Positions 27,021 through 36,353 are shown, counted from the first letter of the stretch. The stretch: 64,000 nt of DNA from Verrucomicrobiota bacterium (GCA_049510745.1 JBEKYR010000003.1:189269-253268); one strand, 5' to 3'. The notes: a model not told the origin generated them from the sequence alone. A program made the numbers and translations.

Positions 27021-27049
27021 TCAATACAGGTTCTCGAAATCATTGGCAA
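27021..27049 (-). promoter_or_regulatory. Candidate sigma-70 promoter for the riboswitch-ilvD transcript
   Basis: Minus strand TTGCCA-N17-TATTGA, placing +1 a few nt before the aptamer. Confidence 0.45.
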
Positions 27050-27187
27050 GCGATTTCAGGGCGTTTTCAGGGTTGGATTTTTCATCCGTTTTTGGGCGTG
27101 ATTACTCTGCACGATTTGTTGCGGGCGCAAGTCGAGAAGGCGGGCGGATAGCAAACCACCGGTGTTTTTTGACGCGCCCGGACCCGT

Positions 27188-28393
27188 TCAATCCCAAGGG
27201 ATCATCGGCACGGTCGCGCCGGCGGCAAGGGTGGTCTTCGGGGGAATATCCACCAACCCGCTGGCCCGCGCCATCGCGCTGAGGAGGTGGGAGGATTGAC
27301 CGCCGGCGGAGCGGATCGCGCCAAGGGCGTCGAGCGTGACGCGCGCAAACTGGCGCCGTTCGCCGGGATTGGCCAGCGGTTCGGACAACGTCGCCGGAAT
27401 CGTCCTTGGGAACACATCGCGCGCGCCCTGCATCCGCAGCAACGCCGGCCGCGCCAGCAGGAAGAAAGTGACCAGCGCGGAGGCGGGATTGCCCGGCAAC
27501 CCGAAGAACAGCTTGTCCTTCCATCGCCCGAAAGCAAACGGTTTGCCCGGCCTCATCGCCACGGTCCAGAAATCCAGCCCCCCGCCGATGGCGGTGAAGG
27601 CCGCCTTGACCCAATCCATTTCGCCGACCGACACTCCGCCAGTGGTGATGACCAGGTCGCATTGCGCCAGCGCCCCTTCCAAGGCCGATTGGGTCGCGGC
27701 CAGATCATCCGGCGCCAGGGGATAAAGGGTGGGAACGGCGCCGGCCTGTTGCGCCAGGGCGGCCAGGCCGGCGCGATTGCTTTCGTAGATCGTGCCCGGA
27801 GCCAGGGGCTGGCCCGCTTCGCGCAATTCGTTTCCGGTCGCCAGCAACCCCGCCGTCGGACGCCGCCCGGCGCGCACGGAGGAAATTCCCGCCGCCGCCA
27901 GCAAGCTCAGGCGCGCGGCCGTCAGTTTTTCGCCGGCCTCCACCAGCCGCGCCCCGGCTTTCACATCCCCGCCGCGGAATCGGACGTTCTCCCACGGGGC
28001 GGCGCGCTGGGCAAAGAGCGCGCGCGCCGGGTCTTGCGCGTTCAGCCGGACCTCCTCCTGCATGACGACGGCGTCCGCGCCGGGCGGGAGGATCGAGCCG
28101 GTGAACACCCGCGCGCACGTCCCCGCCTCCACGCATTTGTCAAATATAACCCCGGCGGGCGCGGCGCCAATGACCCGCAACGCCACGGGCGAGTCCGCCG
28201 ACGCGGAGACCAAATCCGCCGCCCGCACCGCGTAACCGTCCATGGCGGAATTGTCGGCGGGCGGCAGGTCCACCGTGGAGAGCAGAGGCTCGGCGACGAA
28301 GCGGCCCAGCCCCTCGCGCAGCTCGACCGTTTCAAAGGGCAGGGGTTGGACGGCGGCCAGAATCTGCTCGCGGGCTTGCTCCAGGCTCAACAT
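27188..28393 (-). CDS. moeA: Molybdopterin molybdotransferase
   Basis: DNSAMDGYAV, FTGSILPPGADAVVMQE, ATGNEL, ITTGGVSVG, MRPGKP, GLPGNPAS. Confidence 0.93.
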   Translation of the reverse strand: MLSLEQAREQILAAVQPLPFETVELREGLGRFVAEPLLSTVDLPPADNSAMDGYAVRAADLVSASADSPVALRVIGAAPAGVIFDKCVEAGTCARVFTGSILPPGADAVVMQEEVRLNAQDPARALFAQRAAPWENVRFRGGDVKAGARLVEAGEKLTAARLSLLAAAGISSVRAGRRPTAGLLATGNELREAGQPLAPGTIYESNRAGLAALAQQAGAVPTLYPLAPDDLAATQSALEGALAQCDLVITTGGVSVGEMDWVKAAFTAIGGGLDFWTVAMRPGKPFAFGRWKDKLFFGLPGNPASALVTFFLLARPALLRMQGARDVFPRTIPATLSEPLANPGERRQFARVTLDALGAIRSAGGQSSHLLSAMARASGLVDIPPKTTLAAGATVPMIPWD

Positions 28394-28404
28394 TCTCAAT
28401 CCCC

Positions 28405-30144
28405 CTATTCGGAGGAGGTGGTCAGAAGGGTCTGCTCCAGGGTGGAAAAACCGTCCCTCACCTTTTCCAGGCCGACGGTGCGGAGCGTTTTCATGCCCTG
28501 GGCGATGGCGATTTTGGCCAGTTCCTGCGCGCTGGCGCGCTTGATGATGAGTTTGCGGAGTTCATCGCTCATGGTCATCGCCTCGATGATGGCCAGGCGG
28601 CCGGAGTAGCCGGTATTCTTGCAGCGCTCGCAGCCGCGCCCGCGGTGAAGTTGGGCGCCCGCAAAGTAGTTTGGATCAATGCCCAAATCCTCGAACATCT
28701 TGTCCGGGTAGCTCACCGGTTCCTTGCAACTGGAGCAAATCCGGCGCATCAACCGCTGCGCGCAGGACAAAATCACCGCCGACGAAATCAAAAACGGCGC
28801 GATCTCCATGTCATCCAGCCGCGCAATCGCGCCCGCGGCGTCGTTGCAGTGCATGGTGCTCAGGACCTGGTGGCCGGTCAGGGCGGACTCGACCGCGATT
28901 TCCGCCGTCTCCGTGTCCCGGATTTCCCCGATCATGATGATGTCCGGGTCCTGGCGCAGGATGGAGCGCAGGGCGTTGGCGAAGGTCAGGCCAATCTCCT
29001 TCTTGACAGGCACCTGGTTGACGCCGGGAAGCTGGAACTCGACCGGGTCCTCGACCGTCACGATGTTGAATTCCGGCCCGTTCAACTCGTTGAGGGCGGA
29101 ATAAAGGGTCGTGGTCTTGCCCGAACCGGTCGGGCCTGTGACCAGAATCAGGCCGTGGGGCGCATCGACCGCGGCTTTGAAACGCTTGAAGGTTTCGGCA
29201 TCGATCCCCAGCTTGTCCATGCTGGCGGAAAGGTTTGACTTGTCCAGCACGCGCAAGACGCATTTTTCGCCGTGAACGGTGGGCAGAAAGGAGACGCGCA
29301 AATCGACGTCGCGGCCGCCGACGCGCACGCGCATGCGTCCGTCCTGGGGCAGGCGCCGCTCGGCGATATCGAGGCTGCTCATGACTTTGATGCGGGAGGT
29401 CAAGGCCACCTGCAGGTTCTTGGGCGGGGGCGGCATGTCCACCAGGCCGCCGTCGATACGATAGCGCAGCCGCACCATGCCTTCGAACGGCTCGATGTGG
29501 ATGTCGCTGGCGCGGTCTTTGATGGCTTGCACCAGAATGAGATTGGCCAGCTTGATGACCGGCGCCTCCTCGGTCGAGGCGGTCAATTGCGCCAGATCGG
29601 TCGTTTCGGCCGCCTCCTGGGTCACCTCCAGGTTGTCCGCCTCCGCTTCCGCCTCCGCCTGCTTGGCGGCGTCCTGGATGATTTCCTCCATGCTGGTGGA
29701 GCGGGCCCCCTCGAGGTTGGCCAGTTTGTCGAGGATGGCCTTTTCCGAAGCGATGAGCGTGGAGACTTCCAACTTGGTCATGCGCTTGATGTCGTCCACC
29801 GCCAAAACGTTGAGCGGATCCGCCATGGCCAGAAAGAGCCGGTTGCCCAGCCTGGAAATGGGAAGGACCTTGTAGTTGGTCGCCATGTCGCGCGGCACCA
29901 AGTCCGCCACCTCCGGCGCCAGGCCCAGGCGGGCCACGTTGATCGGCGGGGTGTTCAAGACCCGGCCCATCGAGACGACCAGGTCGTTGTCCGTGACGTA
30001 GGCCTTTTCGATCACCAGTTTGAGGAAGCGCGTGCCCTCCTTTTTCTGCTTCTCCATCAACTCCTCGACTTGCGCCGTGTTCAGCAAGCCGTCCTCGACC
30101 AGGGCGTCGGCGATGCGTTCTCCAAGTGACTTGACAGGCGGCAT
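28405..30144 (-). CDS. pilB: Type IV pilus/T2SS assembly ATPase (PilB/GspE family)
   Basis: ASDIHIEP, RRLPQDGR, GPTGSGKTTTLY, VEDPVE, LRQDPDIIMIGEIRD, Zn motif CSSC...CERC. Confidence 0.88.
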   Translation of the reverse strand: MPPVKSLGERIADALVEDGLLNTAQVEELMEKQKKEGTRFLKLVIEKAYVTDNDLVVSMGRVLNTPPINVARLGLAPEVADLVPRDMATNYKVLPISRLGNRLFLAMADPLNVLAVDDIKRMTKLEVSTLIASEKAILDKLANLEGARSTSMEEIIQDAAKQAEAEAEADNLEVTQEAAETTDLAQLTASTEEAPVIKLANLILVQAIKDRASDIHIEPFEGMVRLRYRIDGGLVDMPPPPKNLQVALTSRIKVMSSLDIAERRLPQDGRMRVRVGGRDVDLRVSFLPTVHGEKCVLRVLDKSNLSASMDKLGIDAETFKRFKAAVDAPHGLILVTGPTGSGKTTTLYSALNELNGPEFNIVTVEDPVEFQLPGVNQVPVKKEIGLTFANALRSILRQDPDIIMIGEIRDTETAEIAVESALTGHQVLSTMHCNDAAGAIARLDDMEIAPFLISSAVILSCAQRLMRRICSSCKEPVSYPDKMFEDLGIDPNYFAGAQLHRGRGCERCKNTGYSGRLAIIEAMTMSDELRKLIIKRASAQELAKIAIAQGMKTLRTVGLEKVRDGFSTLEQTLLTTSSE

Positions 30145-30150
30145 AACGGA

Positions 30151-30996
30151 TCAACGATAGGCTTTGGCCAGCACGCGCAGCAAATCGGCCGGCGCGGCCA
30201 GATACCAGAGCAGCCGGGTTTTGAGTCTCTCCTCCAGGTCCGCGGCGGCTTGTTTGTTGAAGGGGTTGGCGGTGGCGACCATGATGGTTTTGCTCATCCG
30301 GTCAAAGGGCGCCACGCACCAGCGCTGGCAAATCTCGCGCGAGGCCGACCGCAACAGGTCGATGTCCAGTTCGTATCGCTCCAGCGGAATATAGGCCAGG
30401 CGCGAACGGTCCGAGAGCAGCCTGAGCGAGGTCTCCACCGGCACCAATTGCCGTTCCCCAAGGTTGTGAATGAACGGCTCGACCGTTCTTGTCGGCGGTA
30501 TCGTCAGACTGGGCACGGGCCAGCAGGCCTCAAAATCGCCGACCGAGATGATCTTGCCCTCGACAAAATACTTGAACATGAGCTGGCGGCCATCATCGAC
30601 TTCCGGCTGGGCGGCGGCTTTGCCGGCGCCTTTTTTGGTCAGAGTGGTGGAGCTGCTTTTGACCGGCGCCTCCGCTTCCGGCGGGCGGTTGGTCAGATTG
30701 TTCGCCTTGCTCTCGATTTGCGCCATGGCCGCCACCGCGTCCTTGTCATCGGGGTGGCGCTGGAGGACGGTTTCGAATTCGAGGATGGCCGAAGAAAGCT
30801 GGCCCAACTGCACATAGGCCTGGGCGATGCGTTTGGAGGTGTCGATGACTTCCTTCTCCATCCCCAGCTTGAGATAGGCTTCCTTGAGGATTTCCAGCGA
30901 TTGATAATCCTGCGGCTGCGATTGAGTAATGACCTCGAACATCTCAATCGTCTGCCGCAATTGCGCCTCTTCGCCCGGATTTAATGTGCCAAGCAT
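30151..30996 (-). CDS. TPR plus GspE N-terminal (MshEN-like) domain protein without ATPase
   Basis: TPR-like N-terminus; C-terminal LAYIPLERYELD...CVAPFDRMSKTIMVATANPFN resembles the PilB N-domain. Confidence 0.65.
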   Translation of the reverse strand: MLGTLNPGEEAQLRQTIEMFEVITQSQPQDYQSLEILKEAYLKLGMEKEVIDTSKRIAQAYVQLGQLSSAILEFETVLQRHPDDKDAVAAMAQIESKANNLTNRPPEAEAPVKSSSTTLTKKGAGKAAAQPEVDDGRQLMFKYFVEGKIISVGDFEACWPVPSLTIPPTRTVEPFIHNLGERQLVPVETSLRLLSDRSRLAYIPLERYELDIDLLRSASREICQRWCVAPFDRMSKTIMVATANPFNKQAAADLEERLKTRLLWYLAAPADLLRVLAKAYR

Positions 30997-31112
30997 GACC
31001 AGGTTTTGACTGTGTCACACTAACCGAGGGGCGGTCCCAAAGCAATCTTGTTTCGCGGCGGTTGGATTTTGTTTTCTTTTCGGCGGCGGAGACCTTAAAA
31101 AGACAGGCGGCA

Positions 31113-31808
31113 ATGAAGACATTCGCTGAATTGGGGTTTCCAGGGCGGCTGATCGCCGTCGAAGGGTTGGATGGCTCGGGTAAATCGACGCAGATTTACC
31201 TGCTCAAACGCTGGCTGGAACTGCAAGGGCTGAAGGTCTTTTTCAGCGAATGGAATTCCTCGGCGCTGGTCAAAAATGCCACCAGCAAGGGAAAGAAGCG
31301 CGAGCTGCTCTCGCCCACCACCTTCAGCCTGATCCATGCGACCGATTTCGCCGACCGCTACGAGCGCCAATTGGTCCCGCTCTTGCGCGGCGGATACATC
31401 GTCCTGTGCGACCGCTACATTTTTACCGCCTTCGCCCGCGACACCGTCCGCGGCTGTCCGTCCGAATGGGTGCGCGGCATCTACGATTTTGCCGCGATGC
31501 CCGACTTGGTGTTCTTTTTCAAGGCGCCCCTGGAGATTTCCCTGCAACGCATCCTGGACGGGCGGCCGCAGTTGAAGTACTTCGAGGCGGGGATGGATTT
31601 GCGGCTGTCCAGCGATCCGTATGAGAGCTTTCGGATTTTCCAGGGCCGCATCCTGGAGCAATATCTGGCCATGAGCGCGGATTTCAAGTTTCTGGTCGTC
31701 GATGGCAGCCAGCCGATTGAAGCGCAGCAAAACATCGTGCGCGACCTCATTGCGGCCAAGCTGGACCTGGGCAAGTTCGCCAAGCTCAAACGCCACCAAA
31801 AACCATGA
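31113..31808 (+). CDS. Thymidylate-kinase-like P-loop kinase, subunit 1
   Basis: LIAVEGLDGSGKSTQ, VLCDRY, PDLVFF. Confidence 0.85.
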   Translation: MKTFAELGFPGRLIAVEGLDGSGKSTQIYLLKRWLELQGLKVFFSEWNSSALVKNATSKGKKRELLSPTTFSLIHATDFADRYERQLVPLLRGGYIVLCDRYIFTAFARDTVRGCPSEWVRGIYDFAAMPDLVFFFKAPLEISLQRILDGRPQLKYFEAGMDLRLSSDPYESFRIFQGRILEQYLAMSADFKFLVVDGSQPIEAQQNIVRDLIAAKLDLGKFAKLKRHQKP

Positions 31809-32554
31809 AACGCACGCGCCCCGCCTCCACCCGAAAACCCCACCCGGGCATCGTCGTCCCGCGGCCCAAGCCGCGGCGCTTTTACGGCCAGGGGGTGCCG
31901 GGAGTGGACCTCTCCAAACTGGCCGGCAAGTTGATTGTGGTGGAAGGGGCCGACGGGTCGGGGCGCTCGACGCAGATCGCCCGGCTGGTCGAATGGCTCG
32001 AAGGCAGCGGACACGCCACCGTGCAGGTGGGGCTGAAGCGGTCCACGCTGGTCAGCGAAGAATTGGACCAGGCGCAGCAGGGCAATATTCTCAGCCACAC
32101 CACCTTGAGCCTGTTTTACGCGACGGACTTTGCCGATCAACTGGAAAACATCATTTTGCCCAGTCTGCGCTCGGGCTTCATGGTGCTGGCCGACCGCTAC
32201 ATTTACACGTTGATGGTGCGCGACATGGTGCGGGGCATGGACGCGGCGTGGCTGAGGAACCTTTATGGCATTGCGCTGGTGCCGGACGTGGTGTTTTATT
32301 TGAACGTGCGGCCCGAAGAACTGGTGGAGCGAACGTTCGCCAAAAAGCAGGCGCTTGATTATTGGGAAAGCGGGATGGACTTGGGATTGTCGCGCGATAT
32401 GTTCGACAGCTTTCTGCAATATCAGGCGCTGGTCGCGGCCAAGTTCAAGGAGTTGCAGCGCACCTACGGCTTTACCATCGTCGATGGCCACTGTTCGGCC
32501 GACGAAATCAACGTCGAATTGCGCCGGCGCATTGAAAGCGTGCTGACCGGATAA
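31805..32554 (+). CDS. Thymidylate-kinase-like protein, subunit 2 (P-loop Lys replaced by Arg)
   Basis: LIVVEGADGSGRSTQ, VLADRY, PDVVFYL; ATGA overlap with subunit 1. Confidence 0.85.
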   Translation: MKRTRPASTRKPHPGIVVPRPKPRRFYGQGVPGVDLSKLAGKLIVVEGADGSGRSTQIARLVEWLEGSGHATVQVGLKRSTLVSEELDQAQQGNILSHTTLSLFYATDFADQLENIILPSLRSGFMVLADRYIYTLMVRDMVRGMDAAWLRNLYGIALVPDVVFYLNVRPEELVERTFAKKQALDYWESGMDLGLSRDMFDSFLQYQALVAAKFKELQRTYGFTIVDGHCSADEINVELRRRIESVLTG

Positions 32555-32583
32555 CATGATCCACCCCTCTCCATTGTCCTAAC

Positions 32584-33570
32584 ATGGCCGAAGCCACCAC
32601 CAAAGCGGAGCATTACGTCGGCGTCGATCTGGGCGGCACCAAGATTCTGGCCGGGGTGTTCGACGACAAGTTGAACTGCCTGGGGCGCAGCAAAATGAGC
32701 ACCAAATCCGAGCGCGGCGCCGAGGAGGTCATCGAGCGCATTGCCCGCTGCGTCCGCGACGCCGTCGATGAATGCGATCTGGACCTCAAGCAAGTGCGGG
32801 CAGTGGGACTGGGCGCGCCCGGGGCGGTCGATGCCGAAACCGGCCGGGTGATCTTCGCCCCAAACCTGCAATGGCAGGACGTGCCCCTGAAAAAAATGCT
32901 GGAAAAGCAGTTGGGCGGCGTGCCCGTGGCGGTGGAAAACGACTGCAACAGCGCGACGCTGGGAGTTTTTGAAAAGGAACTGCAATCCAAACCGCGGCAC
33001 CTGGTTGGAATCTTCATCGGCACCGGCATCGGCGGCGGCCTCATCCTGGACGGGAAATTGTATTCCGGTTTCAACGGGACGGCGGGGGAGGTCGGACACA
33101 TGGTGATCCAGGTGGGCGGGCCGAAATGCAGTTGCGGCAACCGCGGCTGTTTTGAGGCCGTGGCCAGCCGCGGCGCCATCTTCCGCTCCCTGCACGCCGC
33201 CATCAAGGACGGCCAGAAAAGCGTGCTGACGGAAATGCTCGGGCCGGACTTGACCGACTTGCGCAGCGGGGATTTGCGCAAAGCCATTCGCAAGGGCGAC
33301 AAGTTGGTGGAAAAAATCGTGGAAGAGGCCGCCGAATACACCGGGATTGCCGTCGCCAATTTGATCAATGTTTTCAACCCCCAAATCGTTGTCCTGGGCG
33401 GCGGCGTCATCGACGCCCTCGGCGATGAGATGATGGCCATTATCGTCGAAACCGCCGAGGATTATTCCATGAGCGGCACGAACAAAGGCATCGAAATCGT
33501 GGCCAGCAAGGAAGGCGATGACGCCGGCATCATCGGTGCCGGCGTCCTGGCGCGCCGGGCCACAAAATAA
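32584..33570 (+). CDS. ROK family sugar kinase (glucokinase-like)
   Basis: GVDLGGTKI, ENDCN, GTGIGGG, AGEVGH, CSCGNRGCFE. Confidence 0.9.
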   Translation: MAEATTKAEHYVGVDLGGTKILAGVFDDKLNCLGRSKMSTKSERGAEEVIERIARCVRDAVDECDLDLKQVRAVGLGAPGAVDAETGRVIFAPNLQWQDVPLKKMLEKQLGGVPVAVENDCNSATLGVFEKELQSKPRHLVGIFIGTGIGGGLILDGKLYSGFNGTAGEVGHMVIQVGGPKCSCGNRGCFEAVASRGAIFRSLHAAIKDGQKSVLTEMLGPDLTDLRSGDLRKAIRKGDKLVEKIVEEAAEYTGIAVANLINVFNPQIVVLGGGVIDALGDEMMAIIVETAEDYSMSGTNKGIEIVASKEGDDAGIIGAGVLARRATK

Positions 33571-33635
33571 CGAGTTACCGCCCGCATCAGACATTGAAGG
33601 CGCCATCGCCGGCCGCGAGGGTCCTTCCAGCGAAA

Positions 33636-34589
33636 ATGGCGACTATGAACCGCACCAATCCACAACGCCGCGCCGTTATCGACATCGGCACCAACTCCGT
33701 CAAGCTGTTGGTGGCCGATCTGGCGGACCAATCGCTGGCGCCGGTTTCCGAATCCAGCAAGCAGACGCGGCTGGGGGCCGGGTTCTATGGAACTCGCCGG
33801 TTGCTCGAGCCGGCCATCGCCTTGACGGCGGACGCCGTGGTGGAGTTCTCCAAGACCGCCGCCGAACTGGGCGCGTCCAACGTCCGCCTCATCGCCACCA
33901 GCGCCGCCCGCGACGCCCTCAACGTCTCAGCATTGAGCGACGCCATCCGCCGCCGATGCGGGTTGGAAATGGAAATCCTCTCCGGCGACAAGGAGGCGGA
34001 CTGGGTGTTTCGCGGCGTTACCACCAACCCGAAGCTGGCGCAGTCACCGGTGCTGGTTTTGGACGTGGGCGGCGGGAGCACGGAGTTCATCGTGGGCGAC
34101 CACGCGGTGCCGCAATTCCGCAGCAGCTACGGCCTTGGGACGGTGCGGTTGCTGGAGCAATTGCGGCCCTCCGACCCGCCGGGGCTGCGGGCGTTGATCG
34201 GCTGCCGGGTATGGCTGCGGGATTTTTTGAGGGCGGAGGTGGTGCCGCTGCTCAAGCCGGCCTTGGACGCCTGCCAGCGGCCCGTTCAATTGGTCGGCAC
34301 CGGCGGGACGGCCACCATTCTGGCCCGCATCGAGACGCGGATGACGGGTTTCGATCGCGACAAAATAGAAGCCACCGCGCTGACCCTCGATCGCATCCGC
34401 GCCCACGCGGAGTCGCACTGGCAAATGACCCTGGAGGAGAGGCAGAACATTGTTGGCATGCCGCCCAAGCGCGGGGACGTCATTCTCACCGGCGTGGCCA
34501 TCTACGAGGCGATCATGGAGCAGTTTGGGTTCAAGCGATTGGCCGTCAGCACGCGCGGCTTGCGGTATTGGGCGTTGCTGCACCCCTGA
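33636..34589 (+). CDS. Ppx/GppA family exopolyphosphatase (short form, no HD tail)
   Basis: AVIDIGTNSVKLL, ATSAARDA, DVGGGSTE, GTGGT, RGLRY. Confidence 0.9.
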   Translation: MATMNRTNPQRRAVIDIGTNSVKLLVADLADQSLAPVSESSKQTRLGAGFYGTRRLLEPAIALTADAVVEFSKTAAELGASNVRLIATSAARDALNVSALSDAIRRRCGLEMEILSGDKEADWVFRGVTTNPKLAQSPVLVLDVGGGSTEFIVGDHAVPQFRSSYGLGTVRLLEQLRPSDPPGLRALIGCRVWLRDFLRAEVVPLLKPALDACQRPVQLVGTGGTATILARIETRMTGFDRDKIEATALTLDRIRAHAESHWQMTLEERQNIVGMPPKRGDVILTGVAIYEAIMEQFGFKRLAVSTRGLRYWALLHP

Positions 34590-34659
34590 CGGCGCGCGCG
34601 GAAAGGCATCCTCTCTTGATGAAACCAACACGGTCGCCGGCAAGGCAAAAACCCGGAAT

Positions 34660-34693
34660 AAAAAAAGGGCGGACGCCATTGCAGCGTCCGCCC
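34660..34693 (-). terminator. Intrinsic terminator (minus strand)
   Basis: 10-bp stem GGGCGGACGC/GCGTCCGCCC with a 7-nt loop, followed by T7 on the minus strand. Confidence 0.8.
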
Positions 34694-34780
34694 CCCAACA
34701 ACCAAACTAACCAACCCTTGACCTCAGCAGCATGACTGGGTGGGAAAACCAAAAACCCACCCAGCCTCTTCACTGAGGCT
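34660..34780 (-). ncRNA. Candidate structured small RNA, about 120 nt
   Basis: Nested stems CCTCAG/CTGAGG and CTGGGTGGG/CCCACCCAG, GU-rich loop and linker, own terminator, AT-rich TATATTAT just upstream; neighbouring genes are on the opposite strand. Confidence 0.6.
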
Positions 34781-34976
34781 ATAATATATGACGCACATTT
34801 TTGGCTAATGTTCAAATTCTTTTTCACACTTTTTTGCATGATTTTTTGCAGACTATGGGGGACGGGAGCTGGCCCAAAAACGGCCTTCCCTTGTTCCTTT
34901 TCCGAGATGATGCCTGCATTCGCGCGAAAATGGCGGTTTTCCGCCCTGTTGACCCAATGCCCCGGCCTTTTTGACC

Positions 34977-36353
34977 ATGCGTATTACTAACCTGAACCCC
35001 GATTCCGAGATCGGCGCCAGCGCCTGGCTGGTCGATCTCGACAATTGCCGCCTGCTGATGGATGCCGGCATGCACCCCAAACGGGATGGCCGCGACGCCC
35101 TGCCCCTTTATTTCCATTTGGATGGCAAGGACTTGGACGCCATCGCCGTCTCCCATTGCCATCACGACCATGTCGGCTCGCTGCCGGTGGCCATGCGCTA
35201 TTGCCCAACCGCCCACGTGCTGATGACCGAGTTGAGTGGTTGCCTGGCCGGTCGCGTGCTGCACAATTCAGTCAACGTCATGATCCGGCAGCGGGAGGAG
35301 TACGGCATCCGCGATTACCCCCTGTTTTCCCATGACGAAGTCGAGGAGAACGAAGGGCGCTTCCAAGGATTCAAGTACGAGCGCGAAGTCGAATGGGCCG
35401 GGTTCAAAAAGACCCGCGCCGGGCTGGCCTCGCCCACCCTTGAATTCTTTGACGCGGGCCATGCGCTTGGTTCCGCCGGCCTGCTGGTCCGCGGCGGGTC
35501 CCAGAGCCTTTTTTACACCGGCGACGTCTGTTTCCACGATCAAACCATCCTCAAGGCCGCCCGCTTCGGCGAGATTCGGGCGGACGTTCTGATCATGGAA
35601 ACCACCCGGGGCAACCGTGTGGCGACGCCGGGTTTTACCCGCGAAGCGGAAATTGAGCGCCTGGCCCAATCCATCCTGCGGGTCCTGGCGCGCCGGGGAT
35701 GCGTGTTGATGCCCGCCTTCGCCCTGGGCCGGACGCAGGAGATGCTGGCGCAATTGGCCCTGATGATGCGGGCCGGCCAAATCCCGCGCCAACCCATTTA
35801 CATCGGCGGCCTGGGCCGGGTGTTCACCGAGATTTACGATCAGAAAGCCCACCTGGCCAACCGCCAACTGCCCAATCTCGAACTGACCGAAGAACTGCAG
35901 TTGATTGTTTTGGAGAAGGAGGAACTTGACAGCATCAAGCTCACCGGCGGCCGCATTTTTGTCCTCACCGCCGGCATGTTGACCGAATGCACCCCCGCCC
36001 ACGACCTGGCCCTGCGCATGATTGGCGACAAGCGGCAGTCCGTGTTTTTTGTCGGCTACGCCGATCCCGACACGCCCGGCGGTCGGCTCAAGGCGTCCAA
36101 GCCGGGGGACACGTTTTTGTTCAGCGCCGGCGGCGGGGAGGTGACGCGGTTGTGCGAGGTGGATGAATTTGATTTGACAGCGCACGCGAGCCGGGAGGCG
36201 TTGCTGGATTTCGTGGGTTCGGTTTCTCCGCGCGTCGTCCTGCTGGGGCACGGCGAATTGTCGTCGCGGCAATGGTTCGAGGAACAAATCCGCGCCCGGC
36301 ATCCGCGCATCCGGGTCATCCAGCCCGCGCCGGGGCTGGAGGTCGAGGCGTGA
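34977..36353 (+). CDS. Beta-CASP MBL-fold ribonuclease-like protein
   Basis: SHCHHDHVGSLP, AGHALGSA, YTGD, METT.G, PAFALGRTQE, AHA...LLGHGE. Confidence 0.88.
   Translation: MRITNLNPDSEIGASAWLVDLDNCRLLMDAGMHPKRDGRDALPLYFHLDGKDLDAIAVSHCHHDHVGSLPVAMRYCPTAHVLMTELSGCLAGRVLHNSVNVMIRQREEYGIRDYPLFSHDEVEENEGRFQGFKYEREVEWAGFKKTRAGLASPTLEFFDAGHALGSAGLLVRGGSQSLFYTGDVCFHDQTILKAARFGEIRADVLIMETTRGNRVATPGFTREAEIERLAQSILRVLARRGCVLMPAFALGRTQEMLAQLALMMRAGQIPRQPIYIGGLGRVFTEIYDQKAHLANRQLPNLELTEELQLIVLEKEELDSIKLTGGRIFVLTAGMLTECTPAHDLALRMIGDKRQSVFFVGYADPDTPGGRLKASKPGDTFLFSAGGGEVTRLCEVDEFDLTAHASREALLDFVGSVSPRVVLLGHGELSSRQWFEEQIRARHPRIRVIQPAPGLEVEA

Noticed and set aside
26888..27049. 54-aa N-terminal extension of IlvD given by the ORF track
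   Set aside because: The region is the riboswitch leader; homology begins at MRSD (26887). Similar over-long starts were trimmed for the Wza-like gene, abfA, nadE and several GTs.
31113..32554. Assigning the symbol tmk to either kinase
   Set aside because: Tandem arrangement, altered P-loop and ppx context argue against a confident dTMP kinase call.
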